Of a stretch of 64,000 nt of DNA, positions 62,086 to 64,000 are shown piece after piece. The notes beneath the pieces are model-generated. The model was given only the letters and a program-made list of their open reading frames with translations. It was not told the origin of the DNA and ran no database searches. A program made the position numbers and the translations under genes. Source of the stretch: Escherichia coli (lineage in GTDB: Bacteria > Pseudomonadota > Gammaproteobacteria > Enterobacterales > Enterobacteriaceae); the NCBI GenBank assembly GCA_025544715.1, contig GCA_025544715.1_4109.1; one strand, written 5' to 3'. Positions within the stretch are counted from its first letter, which is position 1. Every line of letters begins with the position of its first letter.

Positions 62086-64000
<1,915 letters not shown>

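Overview
This 64 kb window looks like part of a lytic, AT-rich contractile-tailed phage genome with T4-like and P2-like gene content; no integrase, tRNA or CRISPR array was seen. All calls come from reading the sequence and ORF track by eye, with no database searches. Left to right: a partial tape-measure-like gene (minus strand, runs off the window start); an 0.8 kb ORF-free structured region; a Rad50/Mre11 recombination nuclease pair and a gp55-like late sigma factor; a plus-strand baseplate module (LysM-like protein, central spike with a C-terminal GH24 lysozyme, free lysozyme paralog, gp25/W-like, gp6/J-like, a giant ~3,300 aa protein); a ClpA-like unfoldase on the opposite strand; a Nudix hydrolase; a three-gene antisense cassette; seven fibre-module genes including one giant repetitive fibre gene interrupted by a 96 N assembly gap; then a minus-strand block (thymidylate synthase, three unknowns, vWA-zincin, MoxR-like AAA+ ATPase) and a cluster of acidic unknowns. 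Regulatory signals are unusually clear: three exact T4-type late promoter motifs (TATAAATA) upstream of structural genes, four copies of a conserved sigma70-like promoter family (all minus strand, 16 nt spacer) upstream of the ClpA and AAA+/vWA/ThyA genes, and about ten hairpin terminators. The strongest candidates for an undescribed system are the phage-encoded ClpA-like unfoldase and the AAA+/vWA-metallopeptidase operon, which share that promoter family; the central spike architecture and the structured non-coding region are also notable.
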